Below, in pieces: positions 13,739 to 25,800 of a DNA stretch of 64,000 nt. Positions within the stretch are counted from its first letter, which is position 1. The number at the start of each line of letters is the position of its first letter. A program made the position numbers and the translations under genes. The notes beneath the pieces were generated by a model. It did not search any database, was not told the origin of the DNA, and worked only from the letters and a program-made list of their open reading frames with translations. Source of the stretch: Camelus ferus (Eukaryota). The DNA lies in the NCBI RefSeq assembly GCF_009834535.1, contig NC_045697.1, positions 65,040,001 through 65,104,000 of the forward strand, written 5' to 3'.

Positions 13739-15524
13739 ATAAATTATTAAATATAGAGTCATAATAGACATTGTTGAATTGAATTAATCCTTTGAAAACA
13801 TGTTTGTGAACTTTTATTCAGTGCTATTTTTATTGCATTTTTCCAAGTAGAAGAGAACATCTTATTTCAACATCCATCATCAATGAATTATTTTTTGTGT
13901 TTGAAATATCTTAGGTGTGCACATTTATAAGAAACAGAGCACATTTAATTTTAAGAAATTCATTAAAAGATTTACATGCTAAATTCCAGCAACTCAATCT
14001 AAGTATAGAATCTTAACAGGAAGCTTAAATGACAAGGAAATGAGAAAGAATTTTGTCTTATTATTCCTTGTTGAATGGAATTTTGCAGTCCAAGGTTAGT
14101 ATACTCTGTTTAAGATAGGGAGTTGCATATGCAGTTTTCAAAGGTCCATTTTGCTCCCAGGTGATACTTTTGTATTTGAAAGGAATACGTTTAGTAAAGA
14201 GCAAAAATAGTCACCGTTTTGTTTTCTCTAAAAACAGAAAATCTCAGTATTTTCTAACTTCCTTATTGGTTCTGGGAAATAATATGTGGCACTGAAATAA
14301 CTTTGCAACTGTTCTGAGTTGATGCAAGATGTGTACCAGTTGAAGAATGAGGACAAACAAAGCTTCATTTATCAAAAACAAAATCTTCAAAATGTTGTCT
14401 TAGTTCACAACACATTCTTTTGTAGAACAAGGGTTAAGTTATCCACTTCTGCATTAGCCCGGAAGTACAGTTTATTCTTTTATTGTCAGCTACTTCCCTT
14501 CCTTATCAGAATTTCCCCAAGAAGTCCATTAGTGTGCCCTGTCACTATGAAAACCATTCAGACCTGCAGAGTGGCTTTAGGTTCATGTTGATAGATTTAT
14601 ACCACACCTTCAGTGACAAAGATCGTATATCCTTAGCTACTTCATAATTTGGAGGACAACTTAAGATTTGAAGATTGGAAAGGCTTTGTATATTTTGCTC
14701 TCCTTAAGCTTTTAATCCTCAATATATTAACTTTTTTTCAGATGGATTTCATAGACTTGGAGAACAGAAAACAAAACTATCTGGCACTTTCTGCTCCCCA
14801 GATATCTCTGAACAGTTCAGTAGTTTGGGTACAAATACTTTATTTGTGTTATTCAAAATAAAGACTTAAAATTTAGAAATTGGAGGAGAAAGACACAGAC
14901 AACATGGCAGTCTTGATTGACGTAACTGGGTTAGATGCTTCCACAGGGAAGAGTTTTTCAGGAAGCAGTTAGATACCTACTTGCACAAGTTGATTTTAAC
15001 AAGGCTGTCATTCTAACAACAACAACAAAATTCCTTCCTACTTTTTCTGCAATGAAAATTAAGTTTCCATTAAAAATATTTTTATACAGTATTAAGAGGC
15101 TGTTTTACTCAGTCATCTTTCAAATATCTGCATCACACATCCCCATCAAAGGATGGTGATGGTAGGTTAGAACAATCCAGAAAAGCTAATACTTTGAAGT
15201 AATTTAAATACAGCCCTGTAGTACATTTAATTAATTTCAGTAAGTTTAGTTTCTTGTTTATTTAGACTATTATCGATGTCCATCATTTGTTGACCCTCTG
15301 GCTAGGGGATAAGGGAAAAGAGAAAATACCTGGACACTGGGTTTGAACTTAAACTATCTCTATTATCATTAAGATGAGTTCTAGGATGTTTTTTACTTCT
15401 GTAGGATGTGTCGTTTGTTTAATATTTCTCAGTTATTTTTTAAAAGCAAAGCAGACACATTTATTTTGTCTGCACGTTAATAAATCTCCTATACTGAATT
15501 GCATTTGTCTTTCTACTTTTAATA

Positions 15525-15740
15525 TTCATGGATTCATTTTTTAGCAAGTATTCATTGAATTCTTAATTTGTATAAGATATAGTGATATAGGAAACACTCC
15601 CTAAGCTCAAACTTTACAACCTAGTTTTAAAGAGATGACATACATACAAATAAAGCAGATGAAGATAACATGTATTAAATGTCATAGAGAAATAGGAAAA
15701 AGTTTTAGTAAGAGTTCAAATGAGGATGAGCTCACTTCAG
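15525..15740 (-). mobile_element. L2 remnant
   Basis: attcattttttagcaagtattcattgaatt ... ctcaaactttacaacctagt resembles the antisense L2 3' end. Confidence 0.5.
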
Positions 15741-16398
15741 GCAAAATCCTATTATTATAAGCCTGTGGGGCTATCCAAATTCTGTCGGTGTACTTAATGT
15801 TATTTGGTGCTTTGCTGTTCACCAAGCTCTGGGGGAAATGACATTATATTAAATTAATTACCCTTAATTAGTATAATGATCCTCTGGCTTTCTCTAGTTC
15901 TTTATCTTATTTTGACATCAAATTATTAAAAAGTTATAGAATTGTCTATATATACATTCCAATAGTGATTTTGTTTAATGTAAATATATACGAATAAAGA
16001 CTGGAAGGAGGGATGTAAAATATGGTGATTTTATTTTCAAAATCATCAATGATAATTTTTCTTATATATATACATATATATTTTTTTAAGTAGAAAATGT
16101 AAGGTTTTGATATCTTGACACTCTCAATTGGGGAGACAGAAATTACTGACATGACACATTTTTGTGGTTAGTTGACCCAAATAAAATGACATTCATAACA
16201 GTGTTTTTCATAGTACTGAGAATTAAAGGGAAGAAATGCAGTAAAGTAACTAGCACCACACCTGGCACAGTATAAGCCCACAATAAATCTTAGCCTTAAT
16301 AATTATTACTGATTTTATCTGAACACTAACGTCATACAAAGTGCAAGGGCAAAGTTTAGCTTGTTCTCCCTTTTGTTTTCTGCCATAAAAAACAGTGG

Positions 16399-18315
16399 TT
16401 TTACTGAACATGCGTACCACTGCTTGGCACTCAAAAATCAACACTTGAGGAATCTCCATACCATTTTCCATAACGGCTCACCAAACTACACTCCCACCTA
16501 CAGTGAAGGAGGGCTCAGTTTTCTCCACACCCTCTCCAGCATTGATTGTTGCAGACTTTTGAATGTCAGCCATTGTGAATGGTGTGAGGTGATACCTCAC
16601 TGTAGTTTTGATTTGCATTTTTCTGATAACTAGCAATACTGAGCATTTTTTTCTTGGGCCTATTCATAGCAGCACTATATACAATAGTCAAGACATGAAA
16701 ACAACCTTAATGTCCATTGACAGATGACTGGATAAAGAAGTTGTGGTATATTTATACAATGGAATAAAAAAAGAATAAAATAATGCCAATTGCAGCAACA
16801 TGGATGGATCTGGAGATCCTCATTCTAAGTGTAGTAAGCCAGAAAGAGAAAGAAAAATAGCATATGATATCAATCATATGTGGAACCAAAAAAATAAGAA
16901 GAAGAAGAAAAAAGACACTAATGAACTCATCTACAAACAGAAACAGACTCGCAGACATAGTATACAATCTTATGGTTATTACCGGGGGGAAAGGTGGAGG
17001 AAGGGATAAATTTGGGAGTTCGAGATTTGCATATATTAACTACTACATATAAAAATAGATTAAAAAACAGATTTCTTCTGTATAGCACAGGGAACTATAT
17101 TCAGTATCTTGTAATAACCTTTAATGAAAAAGAGTATGAAAATGAATATATGTGTGTATGTGTATGACTGGGACATTATACTGTATACCAGAAATTGACA
17201 CATGGTATCTGACTGCACTTCAATTAAAAAAAAGAAAAGAAAAAAAATCAAAATCGAGAGAGGTAAATGTTGGTAGAAAGGAAAGTTGCTTTTACTCACA
17301 TACTGACAATCTGCAGAGATGGTGAACTCAGTGTCCACAAAATAACCAACTGTGAGGTTTCTGCTCAGCCATGCAAGTTTAAAGGGAAAAGGGGAAGTAA
17401 TCTCAGTTAATCATTGAGATAGGGGGTCAGAGTCATCGCCATTCCCTACTGCATATAGGCTTGTTGTGAAGGTATGTTGACTTCTTTGATTTTTTTTTCT
17501 TTAGATGTTATCTTGTTCACACAATTTGTTAATGAGATTACTGAAAGGGAAGCTAGGGGACAGACCTGGTCATCTGTTAATTACTTATTCTTCATTCCTA
17601 CTTCTTTGATGTAGGAAAGAACCATCAGTGTAAGCAAGGTATTATGTGATTAAAAGATCTGAAAGCTGTGCTAAGGTCGGAGGTGAGTAGAGCATGGGGG
17701 TGTCTGGTTTAAGGTTAGTGACAAGACAAAAGAAGCCTCCTGCAGAGAGCTCTTTCCTCCCAAAAGCTGCTTCACTTGTCAGAACATCATTTCATTTCTG
17801 TGGGATCATGGGCAAAGGCCCATCCTCTGCAACTTCTTCATGCTGAAATCGGGCCCCATATTCTTAGAGTGGAAGATGTCAACATAGAGCTGTAGCATCT
17901 CTTTGCTGACAGTTGTAGTTGCCCATTTACGTATCTGGACAGAACAAGTTACAATTACTTTAATTCTCACAAAGACACAGATTATTATGAGCAATAGTGT
18001 TAGTCTTTTTCTCTTAAGGCCAGTTCTTGAAATTATGCTAGCTATAAATTCAGTACTGCTCAAGATGGAACAGTTTATGTCATGGCTACAGTCTAGTCTT
18101 TATGCAGTTAACTTTTTTCCCGCTTGTGGCAGTTACAGTGTCTGTAAAACAACTCAGGAAAGAGCATCAGACAGTCTGTGACTGTTGCCCTAGTCATCGA
18201 CTGCTTGAGCCTGCTCTTTTGTGACTCAGGGAGGCCTGGGAGACTTCAGCTTTTCAATAAACAAGAGACGGGTTGGGGAGGGCGGGGGAAGTTCTCAGGG
18301 TCCTGTTCGGTTCCA
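16399..18315 (-). mobile_element. ERV1-type solo LTR (possibly composite), split by an L1 insertion
   Basis: Starts t(t)ttactgaa, resumes after the L1 with tcgagagaggtaaatgttggtagaaaggaaagttgctttt, and ends cagggtcctgttcggttcca, as in cetartiodactyl ERV1 LTRs. Flanks gtgg (16395-16398) and atgg (18316-18319) resemble a 4-bp TSD. Confidence 0.65.
16445..17245 (+). mobile_element. 5'-truncated L1 with inverted 5' segment (about 16445-16662 antisense, 16663-17245 sense with poly-A)
   Basis: The antisense ORF2 C-terminal segment is colinear with 25257-25472 and is joined to a sense ORF2 end, 3' UTR and A-tail. Partial TSD aaaaatcaa on both sides. Confidence 0.9.
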
Positions 18316-18599
18316 ATGGGACAAATCTCAAATATAACAGTTAGGTTTGTATATTATAATCAACTACATCATTGTAAGGAGGGGAAATACAACTACCCTG
18401 AATAGAAATCCTCTGAGTCTTGATAGCAATGGAAAGCCCTGCCCTTTCTCCATGTTCTTTTCAGTGCATACAGTAGATAAATACAGAATTCATTAGCACA
18501 TACTACAACACACTCTCTCTCGAGACCCTCAGATATTTCCCCTGATTATAACCATTGAAAACTAAGCTGGATCATTTTCTTAAAACTGTGTCCTTATAC

Positions 18600-18905
18600 C
18601 TTCCTTATAACTTGATGAGATTTCTCTCTCCGCATGCTAACAGCTTAATACCCACTTGGTCTTCGAGGTGCTAAGTAATCCTTTCAGTGTACAAACCAGT
18701 AGACTAGTAGTGGTGTACACCCATACAGTTGAAGTCAGAGCCTTTCAAAGCTCCTTTTGTGCTAGAAGTGTTCTCTCCTGCCACAAGTCTATCATATGCT
18801 AGCTTTTAAGGGTAAGGAACAATGCCAGTCTTATTTCTAGTGGTATTTCCGGGGTCTAGCTCAGTATTAGGCACAAAGAGAACTTCAATAATTGTCAAAT
18901 CAACA
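18600..18905 (+). mobile_element. L2 3' remnant
   Basis: gcttttaagggtaaggaac ... tctagctcagtattaggcacaaagagaacttcaataa. Confidence 0.55.
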
Positions 18906-20369
18906 ATTACTAGTTTTAGAACTTCGATCATAAAAGGAAAAAAGCTTTAGTTATATCTGAAATATGAGTTCCATATGAAAGAAGAATTAAGAGAACATTG
19001 TGCAGTGTTTCTCAGTGTCAGTCTGTTCTACCTGGGTCAGTACTGAAATTCCTTCTTACAGCGTCAGGTAGGTAAGTGACCTTCAGTTGTAGCTTCTGAA
19101 TCTCCAATACACTGAGCTAAGGAATCCAATAGAAATCCTATAGGTAACTTAGCTTAAGTATAATAATAAAGTAAAATATGTATATTCTTTATTTTTAATA
19201 CAAAAAAAAAACAAACCTTTAACAGTTTTGCATGTGAGAAAATCCAAAGGCTGATTTTTTTTTAAATTTTGATGTTCAGTTTACTAGTCCAGAAATTGCT
19301 TAGAAAACTCATAGTTTTAGGCTATAATCAGGGAATTGAGATCTCAAGTCAGGTCAAATCCCCAAGCTGTGATTATCCCATTCTTTGATACTGCTACCGT
19401 CCCAGAGCAGCTCAAGATTAAGTGGATAGACAGGGATGAAAACAAAATGTTTCCAGTAATACTACATTTGCAATAGTTAAGAACCTCTTGCACTTAGTTA
19501 CCTTATTAACTGTACTTTTCGGGCTCAAGTTTGCTTTCCTATACAGTTGATGCAAATGTTTAATCTGTTTCATTTTAAGTATCTTCAAGAGACAATTTAA
19601 ACCATAAACATTCCAGATTGTAATATTTTTCTCAAGGAGTAACTTCCTCTAACCTCCTGACTAGTTGGGATTTCAAATACTAAAGCTTAATTTCCACTAT
19701 TGTTATCACAAAGGATGAATAATGAGTGATTATAATTATCTGATTTTATCTATTGCTGCAGCTTAAGGCAGCTGAATTTTTAAATTTTGTTATTTAACTC
19801 TTTCATGGCAAGTGCTTTTTCCATTTCAATATATTTAAAATTCATTTAAAAGAATAATAGTTACTACAAATATATTCCAGAATATTAATATGTCTGTTTA
19901 GACCTCCCTAGCCATGGAGAGTTTTCTCTGCTTCCCTCTTTATTCCCTTCCTTCCTTCCTTTTTTTTTTTTTTTTAACAATAAAATCTCACTCATTCATT
20001 CACTCACTCACTCACACTCATTCACCATCATAATGAAAGAGTAATCCTCAGTGTTCTCAACCTGTGTCCATTAAACCGTAATCAACTGATTATTTTCCTG
20101 GCTCTCTTTCTTTTATGATGTCATTGTCTCCTCTTGATAATGCCCATATTCCTTTTAGTTTTCACTTTCAAATTTAGAAGCTGTGTATTTGGTCAATCAA
20201 ATCATACACTGAGCTACTAGAGGGCTCTAGAAGTACCTACGTAATAGGGAAGATTAGTGCAGTATATAAAACTGAACAAAAATTTAGTCTGCTTCTTTTT
20301 TATTTTCTGATCCCATAATTGATTTGCTTTACAACTTAGGTCAAAGTAGAAGTTCTGTGTTTCTGATTC

Positions 20370-21167
20370 CTTTTCCCTCTTGTTTCCTTGAGATGTACTT
20401 GACATATTGTATTGGTTCTAAGTGTACAACAATATACCTTGATATATATATTGCAAATTGCTTGCCATGATGAGTTTAGTCAACTTTCATCACCTCAAAT
20501 AGTTACAAATTTTCTCTTGTGATTAGATTTTTTAAGATCTACTCTCTTAGCAACTTTCAAATATACAATATATTTTTTTAATTATCTGAATAGTTTTTAT
20601 TAAAGTATAATTGACATACAGTATTGTATTAGTTTAAGGTATACAACATAATGACTCGTTATTTGTATATACTGCAAAATAATCACCATAATAGGTCTAG
20701 TTAACATTTATCTCCATATATAGTGATACTTTTTTTTTCTGATGAATACTTTGATATTGTTAACTATAGTCACCATGCTGTACATTACATCCCCAGAAGT
20801 TATTTATCTTATAAATGGAAGTATGTACCTTTTGGCCACCTTCATTCGTTTCACCCACCCTCTATCTCTGGCAGCCACCAATTGTTCTTTCTGTGAGTTT
20901 AATTTCTTTGAATTCCACATATAAGTGAGATAATGCAGTGTCTTTCTCTTACTTCACTTAGCATAATGCCCTCAAAGTCCACATTGTTTCAAATGGCAAG
21001 ATTTCCTTGTTCTTTTAATGGCTGAACAATATTCCACATTTTCACTATTCATTTATCCAATAATGGACACTTAGATTGTTTCCATGTCTTGGCTATTGTA
21101 AATAGTGCTGCAATAAACATAGGAGTGTAGGTATTTTTTCGAGGTGGTGATTTTGTTTCCTTCAGAT
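20370..21167 (-). mobile_element. L1 (L1MA9-like) 3' UTR and ORF2 end, containing a nested second 3'-end fragment at about 20575-20753
   Basis: Diagnostic antisense motifs taagatctactctcttagcaactttcaaatatacaata, ttaactatagtcaccatgctgtacatta, ttccatgtcttggctattgtaaatagtgctgcaat. Confidence 0.9.
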
Positions 21168-22162
21168 CGCAGAGGAAGAGCAAGAAGATGATACCTGCCG
21201 GCCTCTCTGGTCTTTGGGGAGGATTGTAATTCAGCCATTAGATGTGTGTTAAATTAGAAACCTGACCCTCAGGCCCCAGCTTTTAAGATGCAAATAGGCT
21301 TCTTTCAGGGAACCACTAGGAGGTTCAGTCTGCTCCCTCTACTCTGAGCCCTGAGTGGTAGCTTGTTAAGAGCTGTTTCTGTGCTTGCTACTGTCCAGTG
21401 GGACACATGAACACAAGTTTCACTGGCCACCAGAGCCAGGTGATCTATGGGTATGTCCTCTGCATGATAGCCATAAAAGCCAGAGCACCAGGTGTGTGCA
21501 CAAGCTCTTTCCAGGGAGACACCAATGACTTGGAGTGGGGCAAGAGGAGAGCATGAAATGGCATTTGCCAACCTCCTTGGTCTCTGGAGAGGACTGCAGT
21601 AGACCTCTAGAAGTATGTTAAATTAGAAGCCAGACCCTCAGGCTGCAGCTTTTCAGAGATGCAAATAGACCTCTTCCTGGGAAACAGCGTTTTGGATCTG
21701 CTGCCTCAGCCGCTGATCCCTGGGGTGATAACTACAGTAAATCTCTGTAAATTGTTACAAGCTGTTTTTTTTAATTTACTATACTGTTGTAAGTCTTATG
21801 GATGCAAACCTTGCTGGCTTGAGTAAGTGTTTGGGGGCTGAGGGACAATCTCAGGCAGAAGATTTAAAAGTTGGAGTGTTAGATGTTGGGTCCAAACCTT
21901 CCTCTCCTTGGGGAGAAGCTGTTGGTTTTGAGTTCCCTCTTGATTATATGTTGTGTCCTGAGTGGGGTTAAAGGAGAGATGCAGCCTCTCCTGCCCCTTT
22001 TGATGTTTTTTTTCCCCCTTAGCCTGATGTGCAGATTATCAATCACTTAGTTTCTGGATTTCCTTCAGAGAGAATTGTTCCATACATAGCTGGAGACGTA
22101 ATGTGTCTGTGAAAGTAGGTAAGTTTAGGAGCCTCCTATGTTGTCCTCTTGAACCGAGCCCT
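21168..22162 (-). mobile_element. L1 5' UTR region with two diverged units of about 369 bp, ending at the L1 5' terminus
   Basis: Reverse strand begins gggctcggttcaagaggacaacataggaggctcc (decayed caagatggc YY1-type L1 start). ttaaattagaa..accctcagg...cagctttt..agatgcaaatag occurs at 21249 and again at 21618. Confidence 0.7.
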
Positions 22163-24279
22163 TTTTATATTTCCGATTCTATGCTTGTAAATAGATAATA
22201 GACAGGATGCTGATTATAGAAATAAAATGTTGCAGGGCTTAATTAGTCTGAAATGCCTGTTAAAACTCTTCTTATAGTTATTATGCAAATAACAGTATTT
22301 TCTGAGTTGTTTTCTTAATAGGAAAAGAGTGCTTGGAACAACCCTGCCACTCAAATAATGAGATGGAGCGACAGAATTCACATGTTGAAGTGTTTTGTGA
22401 AATAAAAATTTTGATGTGATGTGCTAACATGTGTAAGATAATAAGTAATTACCTTTTAAAAGTATTTTCAAAATGATGTTTTTGAGATAAAATTGGCGAG
22501 GTGATTTAAATAATGTGACTAGATAGTGTGCAAGGAATTAGTTTCATAAACATTTCTTGAAAATAGGTGTTAGTATTATTTATATATTCGTCTCTTAGAA
22601 AGTCCATGTGTCTATTATATTTTCAGTTTTCATGATGTGCTAGTAATATTCTTAAGACACATTATTTAGTAAGGATTAGTGCCAGCAGGGGTACGTGATG
22701 GCTCAGGAATAATCCTTAAGAAGTGCCCAGATTCAATTATTCTTACTTAAATGAGTTAGTTTGGACATATTGGGTATGGTAGAGTTTTATATTAGAAGCA
22801 AGGTGAGATTTTTCATCTTTAGTTCTACTCTTGAAATAGTCTGCCAGATTGATGGAACCTCATTTAGGGCTCATCAGAAACCGTGAACACTGCAATATGG
22901 TTTGATTATAGTGCTAAATACCAAGCAACACAGACAAGAATACCATTTAGCCAGGTGTCGTTTATGCATACTGTGAATAAAAAATATTTTATTCAAAATT
23001 TAAGAGAATTTGTTTTTCACAGAAAGCAAGTATATGGGTCTTAGACAGAAAAAAAAAGTTAAAAATATGTAATTATAAATGATTTTAGTAAAAAAAAATG
23101 TGTTTTTAATTAAACATTAGCAATAATTCCCTTCAAGCAATACTGTATAGTCAGTGGCCCTCCTGTTTTCTTATTTCGAAAGCCCAGAGCTTTATTAGGA
23201 GACTTAAGTTAAGAAAAAAAGCTTTGTTAAATGAAAATAAGTCATTTCATTGAGGTGAGGCTTTTGCGAGCCTTCACCATGCTGATAAACCTGTGTCCAG
23301 GGATTACCAAGAAAGAAATCGTTTGACCAGAGAACATTTAAATTTGAAATATCTGACCTACTATTATTTGGAGAGAATACTTAGGAGTCACTACTCCATG
23401 GATTACTACTTCCATTTTACAGTTGTCTCATGTCTTCACTCCCGTGCTATATTTTAAGTGAATAAGTGCGTATATGATCACTGTAACGAGCAGTATAAAT
23501 CTTTGGTATTGCTATGATGGCTGTGTTTTGTTTTTTGGCTTTTTTTTTTTTTTTTTTTTACTCTTTTCATTATCACTGTTGCTGGTTCCTTGTGCTATTT
23601 CCCATCCTGGAGGTCTAAACTCTCCTGAGTGGTGGTGAAAGAAAATGTCCAGCCACACAGGGTCTGGACCCTAAGAGCAAGTTTCCTCCTTTCCCCACAT
23701 TAGGGTATCTGATTTCTGGAGTTTCTACAGACCTTTGTGTCTGATGCATAGCACAAGCAAGACAACAGAGATTTGCATGTCTGTTTTGTTTATTTTTTGC
23801 TTATTCTGGATTGATTAAAGATGGCAGAGGAAGCAGCAGATCAGAGTTCTCTTGAGAGTCCAGTTTCTAACACATGTGCACGGAAGTCATGCTCTTCTTC
23901 TTCATTACGTCATTCATTTTCAGTGGAGCAATCCCCTCTCCTCTCTTCAAAACATTTCTGTAGTTTGAATCTACTAGATTCTGATGGAGTCCACCTCAAA
24001 TTGCATGATGGTTTTCTTATTACAGTGTCGTTGTGAGGCAGGGGTTCTGGGGCTAAGGCCACTGTGAGTGAGGTACAGGCAGTGAGTTTTGGATAAAGAT
24101 CTGTAACTCTGCTTTGGATTTCTCCTGTGTTTTTTGCCTACTCTTAATTTTGAAGTAAAGAAAATGTTGAATCCGCCTTTCTGAAGTGTTCCTTGCTTTA
24201 TTTTGTCTCTCTTTTTTTTCCCCTAAAATCTGACTTTGTCCTTAAGATCTGGGTGACCTAGTCATTTTCAAATTTTCTA

Positions 24280-24438
24280 ACTTACCATCTTTATTCCATT
24301 CTGTCCTCCTGTAGACCTTGTTTTCCTATTGATCAGTACTTCCCATATGATACACATAGTATATCCATCCATCTATTTGCCAGTGCTTAACATGAAGAAT
24401 AGTACATAGTAGACCCTTTTATACATGTTGATTGATAA
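24280..24438 (+). mobile_element. L2 3' remnant
   Basis: ccagtgcttaacat ... acatagtagaccctttt atacatgttgattga. Confidence 0.45.
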
Positions 24439-24592
24439 AACTTTTTTTACAAGTCAGTCCTAACCCACTGTACAGAATGTGACTGAATGAGTGTAGTGTA
24501 AGTATTGACTGATGTGTTTCAAGCATAGTAACCTAATCCATCTTAGGATGAGCTTATAGTCTTTGCTAACCCCAATTTCTGATGCTCAAGTT

Positions 24593-25487
24593 GTTTTTTT
24601 GTTTTTTTTTTTTTAACATTTTTTATTGATTTATAATCATTTTACAATGTTGTGTCAAATTCCAGTGTTCAGCACAATTTTTCAGTTATTCATGGACATA
24701 TACACACTCGTTGTCACATTTTTTTCTCTGTGAGTTATCATAACATTCTGTGTATATTTCCCTGTGCTATACAGTGTTGTCTATTCTACAATTTTGAAAT
24801 CCCAGTCTATCCCTTCCCACCCTCCACCCCCCTGGTAACCACAAGTCTGTATTCTCTGTCTGTGAGTCTATTTCTGTCCTTTATTTACGCTTTGTTTTTG
24901 TTTGTTTGTTTGTTTTTGTTTTTGTTTGTTTAGATTCCACATATGAGCGATCTCATATGGTATTTTTCTTTCTCTTTCTGGCTTACTTCACTTAGAATGA
25001 CATTCTCCAGGAGCATCCATGTTGCTGCAAATGGCATTATGTTTTCGGGTTTTATAGCTGAGTAGTATTCCATACCACATCTTCTTTATCCAGTCACCTG
25101 TTGATGGACATTTAGGCTGTTTCCATGTTTTGGCTATTGTAAATAGTGCTGCTATGAACATTGGGGTGCAGGTGTCATCCTGAAGTAGATTTCCTTCTGG
25201 ATACAAGCCCAGGAGTGGGATTTCCTGGGTCATATGGTAAGTCTATTCCTAGTCTTTTGAGGAATCTCCACACTGTTTTCCATAGTGGCTGCACCAAACT
25301 GCATTCCCACCAGCAGTGTAGGAGGGTTCCCCTTTCTCCACAGCCTCTCCAGCATTTGTCATTTGTGGATTTTTGAATGACGGACATTCTGACTGGTGTG
25401 AGGTGATACCTCATTGTAGTTTTGATTTGCATTTCTCTGATAATTAGTGATATTGAGCATTTTTTCATGTGCTTTTTGATCATTTGT
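24593..25487 (-). mobile_element. Young 5'-truncated L1 (camelid type): ORF2 C-terminus, 3' UTR and poly-A
   Basis: Perfect 13-bp TSD tgatgctcaagtt (24580-24592 and 25488-25500) at a TT/AAAA endonuclease site, with a long T tract at the left end. Confidence 0.96.
24988..25483 (-). pseudogene. Frameshifted L1 ORF2p C-terminal remnant (cysteine-rich CCHC domain)
   Basis: ORF 25175..25483 ([19 protein letters not shown]...[18 protein letters not shown]...LPYDP) and ORF 24988..25233 (IPLLGLYP...[23 protein letters not shown]) are consecutive ORF2p segments separated by a frameshift near 25221. Confidence 0.95.
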
Positions 25488-25800
25488 TGATGCTCAAGTT
25501 TTAAAGAGCTGAAATGTAATTTGAAAAATGAAACAAAATAAAAGGCATACTGAATTTTTTTAAACTATTAGCTTTGTGGAAAAAAATAATGCCTAGCTCT
25601 CATTTTTTATGTTACTACAAAGTTATGTGTGTTCATAAATGTTAAATAGAAGAGTCTTCCAAATTTTACTTTTGTTTTATTTCACTTTTATCTAAAGGAC
25701 AGAGAGGGGTGTACATGTTGTAAGATTCTGTAAGAGATGTTCTGTGCATTTACAGCCTTTGCATTTCAAGTCTCCATTACATGCTCTGTCTAGGTTGTAG

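Noticed and set aside
17806..18405. Cluster of 75-92 aa ORFs
   Set aside because: They lie mostly inside LTR sequence and show no gag, pol or env motifs.
19062..19071. ttcttacag|CGTCAG|gtaggtaagt, a possible 6- or 10-nt microexon
   Set aside because: Short pyrimidine tract; such motifs are expected by chance in 64 kb of AT-rich DNA.
23256..23281. Small GC-rich hairpin ggtgaggct...agccttcacc
   Set aside because: The stem of about 9 bp is too short for a pre-miRNA, and there are no other RNA-gene hallmarks.
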